A stretch of DNA of 64,000 bases, taken from Octopus vulgaris. Taxonomy: Eukaryota. Each line of letters opens with the position of its first letter. Position 1 is the stretch's first letter. Position numbers and translations under genes: made by a program. Positions 25,245 through 38,669 of this stretch are shown here, piece after piece. The stretch covers positions 80,538,001-80,602,000 of the forward strand of contig OX597822.1 in NCBI GenBank assembly GCA_951406725.2, written 5' to 3'. The notes under the pieces were generated by a model that worked only from the letters and a program-made list of their open reading frames with translations, ran no database searches and was not told where the DNA came from.

Positions 25245-26507
25245 GAATAGTACGAGTCAGTAAATGAGCAAATATGAAGCTCGACGTAGCGTATATATAG
25301 ATGGGCATCATCGAGCGGTCTGAGTACACATAAACTCAATGATGACTTCTTCGTAAAACTCGACAGCCAAGAAGGAGTGATTAAGACTGAAAATGAGGTC
25401 GGTGATTATATACACCAAAATATCATTAAGCTAGAAACTCTGGGAAAATTATTACCCTCGCCATAATTAAAATCCCAAATGAGGAACAATCACACGATAT
25501 CAAAGTATGGTGTAATATATAGAATAAAAATGCCAACTGTTAACCAAGAAAACAAGAACTCTTTAATAGTTCAACATTATGAATGACAACTTAGAACAGT
25601 GTGAACACAATATATAAAAGATTAACAGACAAATACATCAAACAATCCCACCATCAGTTGCCTAAAAGATATCATAATGCTTTCGATATCTAGACCGTAC
25701 AATCCAGTCTGGTGATGTCCACAGTGTTAAAGACATAAACACTGTCTGGAAATTAATTGACAAAGAATAGCGGTGGAACATTAGCATATGTTCATTACAA
25801 CTACATCTCAAATATTACAATTCGTTTCATGCTTCTAGCTAAGAAGCACAGACATGTACAAATATAAATAAAACAGAGATATATCGAAGAGAAAACCATC
25901 GCTACCTTAAAAATTAGAAAACATAAAGCGTTCTAACAAACTCAAGCTATTGAACAAAAATTATTGAGCCTAGTCCAAAACCTAGTCCGTTCTAAGAAGT
26001 ATGTAAGGTCTTATAGTGCAACGGAGCGGGAAAATAACAGAATCATCTTCAGTAAATATTTTTACTGATGTAGCTTCTGTTGGTTGTATTAGTGATGCTG
26101 GTGGTGACACTGCCAGATGCTCTGCCTGAGATCGTTTTACGCATCACTGGTGATTATTGATGTAAATTTGTTCTTTCGGAATGTAAGTTTCCCGGTGGCA
26201 ACGGCATCGTACCCAAATCTAGCGCAGTATTTCCTTTCTTTTCTGTAGATTCCCATGTGAATAATATGATGAGCCAAATATTGAGACACACGTATTGATC
26301 GATTGATTGATACAGACGTAGCCAGACAACCAGACAGGCAGGCACAGAAGGAGACAGGCTGAGAGACAGATTGGCCAACACATACGTATAGATAATCAAA
26401 GAACTACATACATATTGTTGTTCATAAACCAGAGGCATTCTATGCTTGTGCATATACAAACACCGTGCAAGTACCTGGTACATAACACACATACACGCAC
26501 ACACACG

Positions 26508-26576
<69 letters not shown>

Positions 26577-26583
26577 GTTCATA

Positions 26584-26630
<47 letters not shown>

Positions 26631-27399
26631 ATTTGTACATATTTGTATGCTTGTGTATACCAAGGGCAAGAAGAGAGTGCCTCCAGCGAAATATATAAAT
26701 TGATCGTCCGCATATATATAATACATATGTGTGTGTGTGTGCGTATAGGAATACTTACATATACATCTTTGCATGCTTTCCTCACAAATATATATATGTA
26801 GAAAAGTAGATAGATATACGTATAAAGATACAACAGAAGCTGAAAAAGAGGTTGTTTATGGTAACAAATCTATATAAATAAGCTCTACAAATAGTTATAT
26901 GAAACGTACTAAGGAGAAAGTTAGAAGATATTCTATAGTAGTCCCTTATAACCAAGTAGACATCGAGAGATATTATACATAAAAAAGCAAGTATAAGGGA
27001 AGAAAATTGAAGCTATACCTTTACAGCTGTTTCGGGGATGCGGTGACAAAGAAATGCAGTTACCAGTATTGTAAACGCGCAGGTATATTAACAAATGATT
27101 ATTATTTAAGTTATAATAGTGTTGTTACTATGCTATGTTCAGTTGGTTTTAATGTAGCAGTGGAAGGTGCCACCTATATAAATATGCGTGCCCATGTCAC
27201 TAACAAACGTTGAAGCAGGTGGGACTGGACATGTGATAAGGCAATTAAAAGGATGAACGGAAAAGTCAGGTCAAAATAATAATAGTATCATAGACATCAT
27301 CAGGAAAAACAGCAGTATCAGTAATAGTAAGTGTATCATAAATAATGTTATGAAATGAAAGGTGAGAAAGAGTCTTTCATACAGTTTTATTATTATTAT

Positions 27400-27608
27400 A
27401 CGAGTTGACAGAATCGTTAACGCGATAGACGAAATGTTTAGCGGCATTTCATCTGCCACTACGTTCTGAGTTGAAATTCCGCCGAAGTCGACTTTCGTTT
27501 CATCATTTCGGGGTCAATAAATTAAGTACCAGTCGACTACTGGAGTCGATGTAATCGACATAATTCCTTCCCCAAAATTGCAAGCCTTGTACCTATAGTA
27601 GAAAGGAC
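27400..27608 (+). mobile_element. SINE family B with (ATT)n tail
   Basis: Collinear with 710-935 and 33165-33400. Confidence 0.85.
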
Positions 27609-27683
<75 letters not shown>

Positions 27684-27684
27684 C

Positions 27685-27756
<72 letters not shown>

Positions 27757-27759
27757 TCT

Positions 27760-28520
27760 CTTTATCACAGGTTTTGTTGAAGCTCCTGCAATTTTGCATG
27801 CATAGCAGGCTTGCTACCTGCAGTTTATGGTACCATGCTATCCGTTCTTTTCAGTTATATAATACTTTCCTGATTATTCTGGCCGTGCCAAGGAGGCAAG
27901 CCTTTTGTAACAGTTCTACTGGGCACTCTATTCCAGTTTCCTTTATATTCGCCTTGTTGCCTTCTGATATTATCCCCAAGGACCCAACAATAATTGGAAC
28001 TACCGTCACTTTCTTCATTTTCCATAGCCGGGCTACTTCGTACTTATGACAGTTGTATTTATCTATCTTTTCGCCTTCCTCCTTGCCTATTCGTGAGTCC
28101 AAGGGGCATGCAACATCAAGTATGTAGCAACCATGGTGCACCTTCTCCACCACCACTAGGTCCACTCAATTGAGCTCTCGCACCTGATTTGTTTAGATTG
28201 GAAAATCCAACAGGATTTTGCAAGTCTTCGGCTCTGCCTCCCACTGCGGTTTGTATTCATACCACGTCTTACCTCTTTCTAGCCCCCGCCCCACTTTTCG
28301 CGCAGTTTCCTGTGTACCACTTTCGCTAATTGGTCGTGTCGCCGTAACTTGCTGTGGTTTGGGGGCAAGTCTAGGGCATTCGTTCGCGATATAGACAATG
28401 GTATCATCCACTCTGCTGCAGATGCGGCACAACGGAGACACTTCCTCATTCCTAAGGTTCACTGCCAGTATAATGTTCTCGGTCTCTTTCTTTTTAGGGT
28501 TCATTTCATCAGCCAGTCCC
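27760..28520 (-). mobile_element. R4/Dong-type LINE 3' fragment (knuckle, RLE, 3' UTR) abutting (AAT)n
   Basis: CRICSRVDDTIVYIANEC; DLVVVEK..ILDVACPLD..EKIDKY..VVPIIVGSLG..QKACLLGTARIIRKVL. Confidence 0.88.
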
Positions 28521-28577
28521 ACCTATTCTTCTCCTTCTTCTTCTTCTTCTTCTTCTTCTTCTTCTTCTTCTTCTTCT

Positions 28578-28618
<41 letters not shown>

Positions 28619-28663
28619 TTCTTCTTCTCCTCCTCCACCTTCTCCCCCCCCTTCTCATCATTG

Positions 28664-28709
<46 letters not shown>

Positions 28710-29026
28710 TATTACTTGTATTCTTAGATTTAGTTTGTTCCAGAAAGGTTACTCAGATTCTCAGAGATCCACCTGCCGATTCCTAGAACTAGTATTGGCA
28801 TGATTTACCTCTTATGTGCATGAACAAGAAAAAGCAATTTTCATTTATACACACACCTAAATTCATTTATACACACACACAAACACACACACATACACGC
28901 GCGCGTAAACACATCCGCTGATATCGTAGGCGTAATTTCAAATTTTTCTCACCATTCTCTTGCTTTCTCTCCTTACACAAACATACATGAAGTATAGACA
29001 CATACATGTACACACATACACATACA

Positions 29027-29107
<81 letters not shown>

Positions 29108-29108
29108 C

Positions 29109-29197
<89 letters not shown>

Positions 29198-29468
29198 TTA
29201 AACTGAAGCTATTCAGATGTTAACTAATGTAGAAATATTTATATATTCACAAAATAAATAAATTTATATGGAGTACAAATTGTACAGAAAATTAAGAGGT
29301 GAAGGCATGTATGAATGTATGTATGTATGTTCAGTTTTATTTCAATATTTCTTGCCAATAGAGAAAGAGTCGGTTTGTAACCTAGATCCAAGACTTCTTC
29401 ATTGGAATTTCAACATCAACGGGGTATTTTTGAATGTATGTATGTATGTATGTATGTATCTATGTATG

Positions 29469-29502
<34 letters not shown>

Positions 29503-29507
29503 TGTAT

Positions 29508-29982
29508 AACCGACAACCCCACCAAGCTTGCTTGGTGAGGAGGGTGTTTATTCGACACCCAGCGGGATGAAAAATAAAACCTGTCAAAGGGCGGAGGAAC
29601 TCTTGAGAGTCAACGGCTATCCAAGAAATGTCTGAAGGCTGGATCATGCACGGGGACATTGAAATAATCGGACTGAAAACCCGATCGCGCGGTTAAACCA
29701 TTGGGAGTGAAGGAGTCCTAGCCTTCGTTAGGGCATCCTTCTAGGAGAAGGTAACTCAGGTAACTGGGATAACTCCGATATAAAACCTGCGGCTCAGTGG
29801 TTACCGATGATGTTGACTTGTTCTTCTTTTCGGATTATGGCTACTGTTGCTTAGTGAGTGGGATTGACTCAGTTCACAGCCTTTCCCTACTTTAAAAAAT
29901 CTTCTTGCACAGGCATTGCACGATAACAACATTGATTATGCTTCGTGCAATGGCCATACTCGATAACGCGGGGACAGCCACC
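29508..29982 (+). mobile_element. Short non-coding element resembling an RTE-type 5' UTR derivative, flanked on both sides by (TATG)n
   Basis: GC-richer island containing GGGCATCCTTCTAGGAGAAGGTAACTC, similar to a motif I associate with RTE 5' UTRs; several hairpins; no recognisable protein. Confidence 0.45.
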
Positions 29983-30299
29983 ATGTATGTATGTATGTAT
30001 GTATGTATGTATGTATGTATGTATGTATGTATGTATGTATGTATGTATGTATACGTGCATATTTGTATGTTTTGTGTTCTGTATGTATTCTCATGTATAT
30101 ATTTACATAACTAGACATGCTCATATATACTTAAATGGTAAACTTCTAGAAAGTCTACAGGTTTTGTTTTTACAGTTCTATTGATGGTTGGATCCGTAGC
30201 CTCCGAATAAGCTTTCCCCTTTCTGATTTTGAGAAGCCTAATTTCTCAAGATTGGTATTTAGGCAATGTATGTATGTATGTATGTATGCATGTATGTAC

Positions 30300-30330
<31 letters not shown>

Positions 30331-30689
30331 CGTATGTATCTTTATAAAGGGCCACTATGGATATTTTCCCTCTCTATATCTATATCTAACTATATATACT
30401 GCATGTGTATTTACATGCTACTGTCCAGACTTTTATCAGCCTGTTTACCTCACCTTTCTGAACTCCCAATAAGATCAGCTGTGTGCAACGCCCTTCGACG
30501 TGTATAGTGTGGGAAAGTGTTCGCAAGCCAGTCTCTGGTCTGATCAAAACATTTGGTGGTTCATACAGATGATATCTCACAATGTGATCCCTCAGAAGAA
30601 GCTGCAACTTTTGTCTGTGGCCTCTGCTCAAACCAAGCACTATAGCCCAAGTTATTATGTTGAGCATGATTTTGTGAGATTTTAACAAG

Positions 30690-30825
30690 CAAATTCCGCC
30701 CGGGTCGACTTTGTCTTTTATCCTTTCGAGGTCGATGAATTAAGTACTAGTGAAACACTGGTGTCGATGTTATCTTCTAGTCCACTCCAACCCCTCCGCC
30801 AATATGTAGGCTTTAGCAGAAAGAA
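30690..30825 (+). mobile_element. SINE family B, 5'-truncated
   Basis: CAAATTCCGCCCGGGTCGACTTTGTCTTTTATCCTTTCG..TAAGTACTAG..GTCGATG followed by (ATC)n(ATT)n. Confidence 0.75.
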
Positions 30826-30969
30826 TCATCATCATCATCATCATCATTATTATTATTATTATTATTGTTGTTGTTGTTGTTGTTCTTTTTTTTTCTCATT
30901 GCTGTTATCATTCAGTTCATAGAAGTATGGGTGTCGCAGTAACAATGCGGATATATTGATGTTCAGGAG

Positions 30970-31034
<65 letters not shown>

Positions 31035-31042
31035 AATGACGT

Positions 31043-31111
<69 letters not shown>

Positions 31112-31629
31112 CGACGATGATGATGATGGCGATGATGATGCCGATATGACAACGATAAAGGAAGACGCGTGGGCGATGACGGCAATGAATCCATAAAACT
31201 TCCGTGTTCCATAAGCAACGAGGATCAACGACATTACGGACTGTTTATTTCTAAAAATAATACAATTAAACATGAAGAAGGTTTAAAGATGTTGCTGCAT
31301 ATTAACTACAAGATTTAAGCAATCCAGTTATAGCTTCAGTTATATCCGATCCAAATGGACATCTTGTTTAGAACGTTCATTTTAAGATAGCCAATCGTGA
31401 TATCCGAAATAAATAAAATATCAGTTTTACTAAATATAGGCATAAGATGTTATGTTGTTGTGTATGTTGTAGCCTTGTCCCAAGGTCATTCATGGTCTGG
31501 CAGATGTTTGAGTAAAAGGCGTTCTAGACTTGACTATTCCGTCTTTTAATCATCCGGCATATTATATTTCAGATATGTATCATGTGTTCTTTCTATTTTC
31601 TATATTCACCACATACTCTCTCTTTCTCT

Positions 31630-31722
<93 letters not shown>

Positions 31723-31724
31723 AA

Positions 31725-31975
31725 TAATAATAAGGGTAAAATTAATTAATTAGTAATTAATAATTTTACCAACCAGTGTTCAATATGTAAAAGGACCATT
31801 TATGGTAAATTTAAACATTACTTAATATAAAAAGGGTTCAGCAAAAAAATTACTTTACCACACGCCGAGCTTTTAAAAATAGCAGCCAAAGAATTTAGCT
31901 ATTTCCCCTACTATAAGAAGAGTCTCCCAGACAATGTATACTCAAAAACAATTCACGTAGGCATAGAGGGAAAAC
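31725..31975. repeat. AT-rich interspersed repeat embedded in (TA)n; homologous to 41548-41708
   Basis: Shared AGGGTAAAATTAATTAATTA..TATGTAAA.GGACCATTT..AAATTACTTT.CCACA..AAATAGCAGC.AAAGAA. Confidence 0.75.
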
Positions 31976-32593
31976 AATATATATATATATATATATAACG
32001 TGTATATGCATACATATTTACTTAGAATACTTAGAAAACTTTCTGCCATAATTGACTCAGACCATAGTCAATTTAATAACAACCTTAGACAAGACATTTA
32101 ATTTCTTATCACAGTTATTTTGTGGGGCATCATAGCCCATTCGAGTAAAAAGTTATTGTTTCTAGAGATATATCCGGGTATAGATAGTTTACCGGAAGTT
32201 ATTAGAGAATGATATGAAATCTTTGGTATGATGTTAACGGGAGCAGGGTAAGTTGAAGTGAAATCGTTCTGTCTTAGTTTTGTGATGTGACGGTAGCATT
32301 ATTTGTGTGTGTGTGTGAGACAGAGAGAGAGAGAGAGTGTGTGTGTGTGTGTATGTGTGTGTGTGTGTGTTTGTGTGTGTTGTGCGTGTGCGTGCATATG
32401 TGTAAAGGTGGTTATCAGAATATCGATAATTATTTATTTAGAACGCTGACAATTCTCCTAAATAGATGAAAGCGCTAAATAAATAATTATACGAAGATCT
32501 GTCTACCCCTTTTTATTGAGATATAAAATCTGTACAACACTTCAAAGGATCTATACACACACGCACACACACATAAATACATATGCTTATATA

Positions 32594-32634
<41 letters not shown>

Positions 32635-32871
32635 GTGTGTGTGTATGTATGTATGTGTGTATGTATGTATGTATGTATGTATGTATGTATGTATGTATGT
32701 ATGTATGTTTGTATGTATGTATGTATCAATTCTTGATTAGCTTTTTAAAACCATTTTGCAGCAAATAGGCTTTTCTTTATCTTACTATATATTATATATA
32801 TATATATGTGACCACTTGTGAATTGTTAGCGATTTTTCTCCCCGTCTTCCATTCCTCTTGGACTTAACCCT

Positions 32872-32906
32872 GTTTCTGAAGAAGAACTTTGCTCGAAATG
32901 TAAAAC
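32872..32906 (+). ncRNA. Minimal type I hammerhead-like motif
   Basis: GUUU CUGAAGA A GAAC-UUU-GCUC GAAA UG UA AAAC; stem I perfect, one stem II mismatch. Confidence 0.6.
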
Positions 32907-33014
32907 TACCTTTCTTTCCTTCCTTCCCAGAACGTCTGCTAATACTTTGTATGTCCAACGTCCTCGCGTTGTTTTTTCTTGTGTTTGTTCTTTGCCTTTC
33001 ATCCTTTCGGGAAA

Positions 33015-33400
33015 GTTCGTGTTTGCCTTTCATCCTTTCGAGGTCGATAAATTAAGTACCAGTTACGCACTGGGGTCGATGTAATCGCCTTAACCTCTTT
33101 GTCTGTCCTTGTTTGTCCCCTCTATGTATAGCCCCTTGTGGGCAATAAAGAAATAATAAACGTTTAAGGCGGCGAGCTTGGCGGGAACGTTAGCACGCCG
33201 GGAGAATTGCTTAGCGGTATTTCGTCTGCCACTACGTTTTGAGTTCAAATTCCGCCGTGGTCGACTTTGCCTTTCATCCTTTCGGGGTTGATTATATAAT
33301 TACCAGTTACGCACTGGGGACGATATAATCCACTTAATCTGTTTGTCTGTCCTTGTTTGTCCCCTCTGTGTGTAGCCCCTTGTGGGCAGTAAAGAAATGA
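33015..33400 (+). mobile_element. Tandem SINE family B: 3' half copy followed by a full copy (33165-33400)
   Basis: TTTGCCTTTCATCCTTTCG..TACCAGTTACGCACTGGGG..TTTGTCTGTCCTTGTTTGTCCCCTCT..GCCCCTTGTGGGCA.TAAAGAAAT occurs twice. Confidence 0.88.
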
Positions 33401-34001
33401 GCTTTTCTTTTGGCTTACTATAAATTTTATTTTATAATTACACTCAAATTTAGGGTGCTATTTCAGAAATTAACGATTCTAATATTAATAATAATCCTTA
33501 TATTCAGACTTATATTTTTTAACAGCCTTAATGTATTTCCTGAATACATTCACCGAGCACCCACTGACATAATGTGATACGGTTAGATAAACTTCTCTGT
33601 AGCACTATATTTAGGGTGTCAAATTTCTGATATTGTCTACCGTATATAGGCCAACGTGATACTATATCTCTGCATTGTAAAACAACCCAAAGCTGACATT
33701 GAATAAATCGGGTAAATCGTATTTTATTCCTTCAGATGAATACATTTGAGAAAGGAATAATCCTCCAAGCGTGTTGTTATCGCATTATAGCGAAACCTAG
33801 AACATTAGTGAGAAGAGAATGTTGAATATTTACGTTTTAACTTCCATAAATTTCGCTACGTCTATTATCGACATTAAGGTTTATTACGGCATTAAAATGT
33901 TAATGCATGCAAGAAATATTCCATTTTGAAGTAAGATAACATTTTATTGACTTCGGAAATCGTTTAGTATAATGTTTGATATAGTAATGGCGTACTATGG
34001 T

Positions 34002-34426
34002 CAGTGCTTGATTAAGACCCATTGAGGCCCTAAGCACTTAAAAGATTTTGGTGCCCCCTTAAAAGATTATGTAATTCATAATATAAACATAAATAAACCA
34101 TAAAATAAATTTTATTTTTCAAAATGAAAAAAAAAACAGTAAGAGGGGAAATAATGTTTATTTTTGTATACTTCCACTTTATTTATATTTGAAAAGTTTC
34201 ATCCCTACACTTTTGAATTGCAAAGTCTTTGATCAGATCCTCAAAATTAATCTTAGGTAATACATCTGCATCTATACTTTGTAGAGATAAAGGCAACCCG
34301 AATATTATTTGAGCAAGTTTAACGTGATTTCTTTTGTGCCGTAAACCATTTACCCTTTCTGCGGTGCCCACTTCCCTTAATGCCCTAAGCACCTGCTTAT
34401 TTTACTTAATGGTTAATCCAGCAATG
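34002..34426. mobile_element. Non-autonomous hAT element (MITE) with 8-bp TSD
   Basis: TIRs CAGTGCTTGATTAA / TTAATCCAGCAATG; TSD ACTATGGT at 33994-34001 and 34427-34434; minus-strand hAT C-terminal remnant LSLQSIDAD..FEDLIKDFAIQKCR. Confidence 0.9.
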
Positions 34427-34504
34427 ACTATGGTACTTAATCCTCTGGGAAAACACATATTACATTTGTTTGCAGGTTGTTGGCATTGTTTATAGAGATA
34501 TAGA

Positions 34505-34680
34505 CTCACACATGGCCGTGTTGTAAGGCGTTTGCTTCTGAACAACATGGATTTCGGGTCAGTCACACTGCATGGCACCTAGGGCATGTGTTTCGTACTA
34601 TAGCTTCGAGCCGATCAACGCCTTCTGAGTAGATATTTTAGAGACAGAGAAACCAAAAGAAGCTATCATGTATATATATA
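34505..34680 (+). mobile_element. SINE family A, 5' half, diverged
   Basis: ATGGCCGTGTTGTAAG..CAGTCACACTGCATGGCACCTAGGGCA..CTATAGC. Confidence 0.65.
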
Positions 34681-35342
34681 TACGCTTATGAATTTGCGTT
34701 GTAAGATTCCTGATGTGAAATCGTGTGTTGAAACAGATATTTTTGTATTTCGGGATGGTCATTTTTTTACCGAATAAACACACGCATCATTTTATTTGTT
34801 CTTCCGTCGTTTATTAATGTTCTTATTCTAACTCATGTCCATTGTGCGGAATCATTCGTGACGGTTTTCATGTTCGTGTGAGTTCTACTTCTGTATATTG
34901 AATGAAATAAGTAGAGTAAAAGCACACGCGAAGAGGAAAAGTTCCGCTGAAGAGGTCACAGATGTGTGACAAAAGATTTCTGGACGATGGACATGAGTTA
35001 GAATAAGAACAGTAATAAATGAGAGAACAAATATATAGCGCGGGTGTTTATTTGGCAAAACAAAATGACCGAAATACAATATATATATATATAAAATTTA
35101 TATAAATAAGGATAAGATAGTTATTTAAAATACTGATCATATCAAGTGTCTAGTATGGGAATAAAAACCTCATAGGTAATAATTATTATTAAAACTATGA
35201 TTATGGGTATCTAAAAGACACCATCATGCTAGATGTAGCAGCCACAGCTTGACTCTAGAACCACATTAACTGTTCATACAGCACCAGGAGAGAAGACAAA
35301 AGAGATAAAATAAACTAGCAAAAAATTATTGGATAATTCCAG

Positions 35343-35414
<72 letters not shown>

Positions 35415-35419
<5 letters not shown>

Positions 35420-35514
35420 TTCCATACTTAGCGTTGAAAAAGTCGGAATGATTGAAACCGGTACTGAAATGTTTTTATAAAATTTTTTTAGCATTTTTTA
35501 CCTTGACTTTTTTT

Positions 35515-35555
<41 letters not shown>

Positions 35556-35765
35556 GGAGTAAACACATAAATGTGAAACAAGGTGGAAAAAAGAGTACTC
35601 AAATACCAGTGGTAGAGTAATATGCTTTATTTTAAGCAGCAGAAAATTCAACAAAATCTGTTACTCTGAGTTTCTCGTTGCCATTCTAGCAAAAACTGTC
35701 TGATGAACGGCAACGAGAAACTCAGAGTAACAGATTTTGTTGAATTTTCTGCTGCTTAAAATAAA

Positions 35766-35803
<38 letters not shown>

Positions 35804-35848
35804 AAAAAAGTCAAGGTAAAAAATGCTAAAATAATTTTATAATTTTTT

Positions 35849-35894
<46 letters not shown>

Positions 35895-35995
35895 AAAAAA
35901 AGTCAAGGTAGAAAATGCTAAAATAATTTTATAAAAACATTTCAGTACCGGTTTCAATCATTCCGACTTTTTCAACTATAAGTATGGAAAACAAT
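35415..35995. repeat. Nested inverted-repeat cassettes in (TA)n with hammerhead-like motifs
   Basis: Outer arms ~35415-35518 and ~35892-35995; inner perfect 58-bp arms 35625-35682 and 35709-35766. Confidence 0.9.
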
Positions 35996-36136
35996 TAAAT
36001 TTTGGAAAAATTTAATGAAAAGTGTTTTAATAGAATACTTGCATAGTATTCAAATACAATGGGCATTTCCCTTGTTTCTGCCTGTCTCTGTTTCTCTTGT
36101 TTACTCTTGTGGGTTCGAGCTTGTTGTGAATTCTTG

Positions 36137-36143
36137 GAAGAAG

Positions 36144-36175
<32 letters not shown>

Positions 36176-36337
36176 GAAGAAGAAGAAGAAGAAGAAGAAG
36201 AAGAAGAAGAACAACAACAACAACAACAAGAACAAGAACAAGAAGAACAAGAACAAGAAGAACAAGAACAAGAAGAACAAGAACAAGAAGAACAAGAACA
36301 AGAAGAACAAGAACAAGCAGAAGAAGAAGAAGAAGAG
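36137..36337. repeat. (GAA)n/(CAA)n tract grading into a higher-order 15-mer (GAACAAGAACAAGAA)n
   Basis: Read directly from the sequence. Confidence 0.92.
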
Positions 36338-36615
36338 AATTCGGGAGTAGTATGATAGTAGTAGGATGTTAAATGGTCAAGTGCCCTGAAAGTGACATGT
36401 TGTGGACGGAAGTCGTGATTGAATTCTTGAGATATCTTTTGAATGTATTGTATTCATAAATATTTGAATAGGTGTTATTCTAGGCAGCAGTAGTAGTAAA
36501 GTGAGGAAGGACGTGTATGTATGCATGTATGTGGGATTGTATATATGTATGTATGCATGCATGTAGGTATTCATGCATGTATGTATGTATGTGTATATAT
36601 ATATACATATTTACA

Positions 36616-36699
<84 letters not shown>

Positions 36700-37493
36700 T
36701 ACAACGCATGCAAGAGTGTGCTTGTGTAAAGGAGGCGATCTTAGGAGATCGTTACTCCATCAGCTGTAAAATATTGTGATGCATCTTTTGTTGTCATACG
36801 CTTTGAGTTCAAATTTTGATGAGTCAATTTTGGTTTCCTTCTTTCCGCGCTATAGTAACTAAATAAAATTTCAGTGTGGTCTTGCATCTCTTCCACTTCC
36901 GAAGGAAATTTCTGCGAACCGGACAGGAGAGAAATCGTCACCGCCTGGTCCGGAGCTGTCCAAGAAACACCATATAACACGTCTTAGAATCAATGACGTC
37001 TTTCGAGCAGAATGTAGCTCGATGAGAGTGGTATCAGCAGATGTTATTTCTGAAGAGCTAAACTAGGAGTTGGCAGTGTTATTGATGGTAACCTTGGTCT
37101 CAAACAATTATATACTGATGGTTGTGTGTGTGTGTGTGTGTGGTATCGTTTATAACTTTGTCGTTCGTGCGTTTGGAGGCGCTTTTGAAATGATATAGGT
37201 CACGTGGCTGGAAGAACAACCTATTGATAACTGATTGGAAAAACGGAAATTATCAACAGTACAATCAACCACGTGATTAACTCTAACTACAGCCACCTAC
37301 CGATATGTAAAAGAAGAACAGAAAGCACTTAAACACTGACAACAATATGAATAATCACATGACACATTCATCACAGATGAAAACAAAAATTCACTACACC
37401 TTTAAATAAGTTAACAAATTTTTTTTCCATTTCCTTTATTTGATGTATCTTCACGAGCAGGCGACGAATCTCAACAAAGGCATAAAGATATGG

Positions 37494-37536
<43 letters not shown>

Positions 37537-38315
37537 AGACTTATGTAGGTGTGTATGTATATATATATGCTCAAAATACGGTAGGAGAAAAACAGCCAAC
37601 AACTGATGAAGGTTCGTTCCTTATGTTGCTTGTTCTGTTTGTCCTGTTTGTTTTCGCTGTCCTGTTTGTGTTACCAATTTTGACCCTCCACAAAATCCCA
37701 AATTTTATTTAATTTGCTTTGCGGGAGCAATGTATATATATTATTTATATTATTATATTATTGAACGCCAAGCATCCTCTTCCAAGTAAATTTTATCTTA
37801 ATAATTCTGAAGCGCACTCTATACGATCTTTTTACTCTTTCGTTTTTCTTACTTTCTTTCTCTTATTCTTTCCTTTACCTCCTCTTCTCCCACTATTTTA
37901 TCCTATTACTCCGTCACTCTCTTTCCCTCTCTACTCCTTCCTTGTTCACGTTGCTCTCGTGACGATCGGCCATCTTCTTTTCTTCTCCTAACTTGTGCTT
38001 CTTCCTTTCGCTCCGTTGTAGCTGGAACAAAAAGACGTGTTCCTGTCTATCTCCTGTCCAAGCTTGATATACGCGGTCAACACCACAAACTCGTTTAGGT
38101 TTAGCAGCCGTTCCTCTTTGTTTTAACTGTCCTGTTTGTGTTACCAATTTTGAAGGGTCATTCTTTACGTTGTTTGTTTTGTTTTCATTTGTATCATTCG
38201 TTGTTCGATGATGTCCTGTGCCCTACCCATATATATATATATATGTATTGATGTAAGTATGTACATATACGTATGTATATATGTATATATATATTATACA
38301 TGTATATATATATAT

Positions 38316-38370
<55 letters not shown>

Positions 38371-38615
38371 TATATAATATATACGTATATACATGCTTGC
38401 ATACATATATACATATGTGTGTGCGTGAATCTACAATGATATACAGGTGTACTGACAATTATGAAGAATCCCAGTACGCCATGCTAGGTCTATAAATAAT
38501 ATAGTAAAAGTTTGATAACCCCCATGGTCATTTGTCAGAGTTTTACAGACATGTACACACCTGTCTACGAAATTCTAAGTAATCGCAATGGGAGTCTCTG
38601 GTAAACTGCAAGTTT

Positions 38616-38669
<54 letters not shown>

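Noticed and set aside
25290-26050. Possible Penelope GIY-YIG remnant next to the 25209 hammerhead
   Set aside because: Only a GVIY-like fragment is readable; too decayed to support as a feature.
36059-36355. ORF with signal-peptide-like start and poly-E/Q body
   Set aside because: The body is a GAA/CAA microsatellite; no splice or homology support.
37600-37625. CTGATGA followed by a small AGG/CCT hairpin
   Set aside because: No GAAA or NUH downstream, so not a hammerhead.
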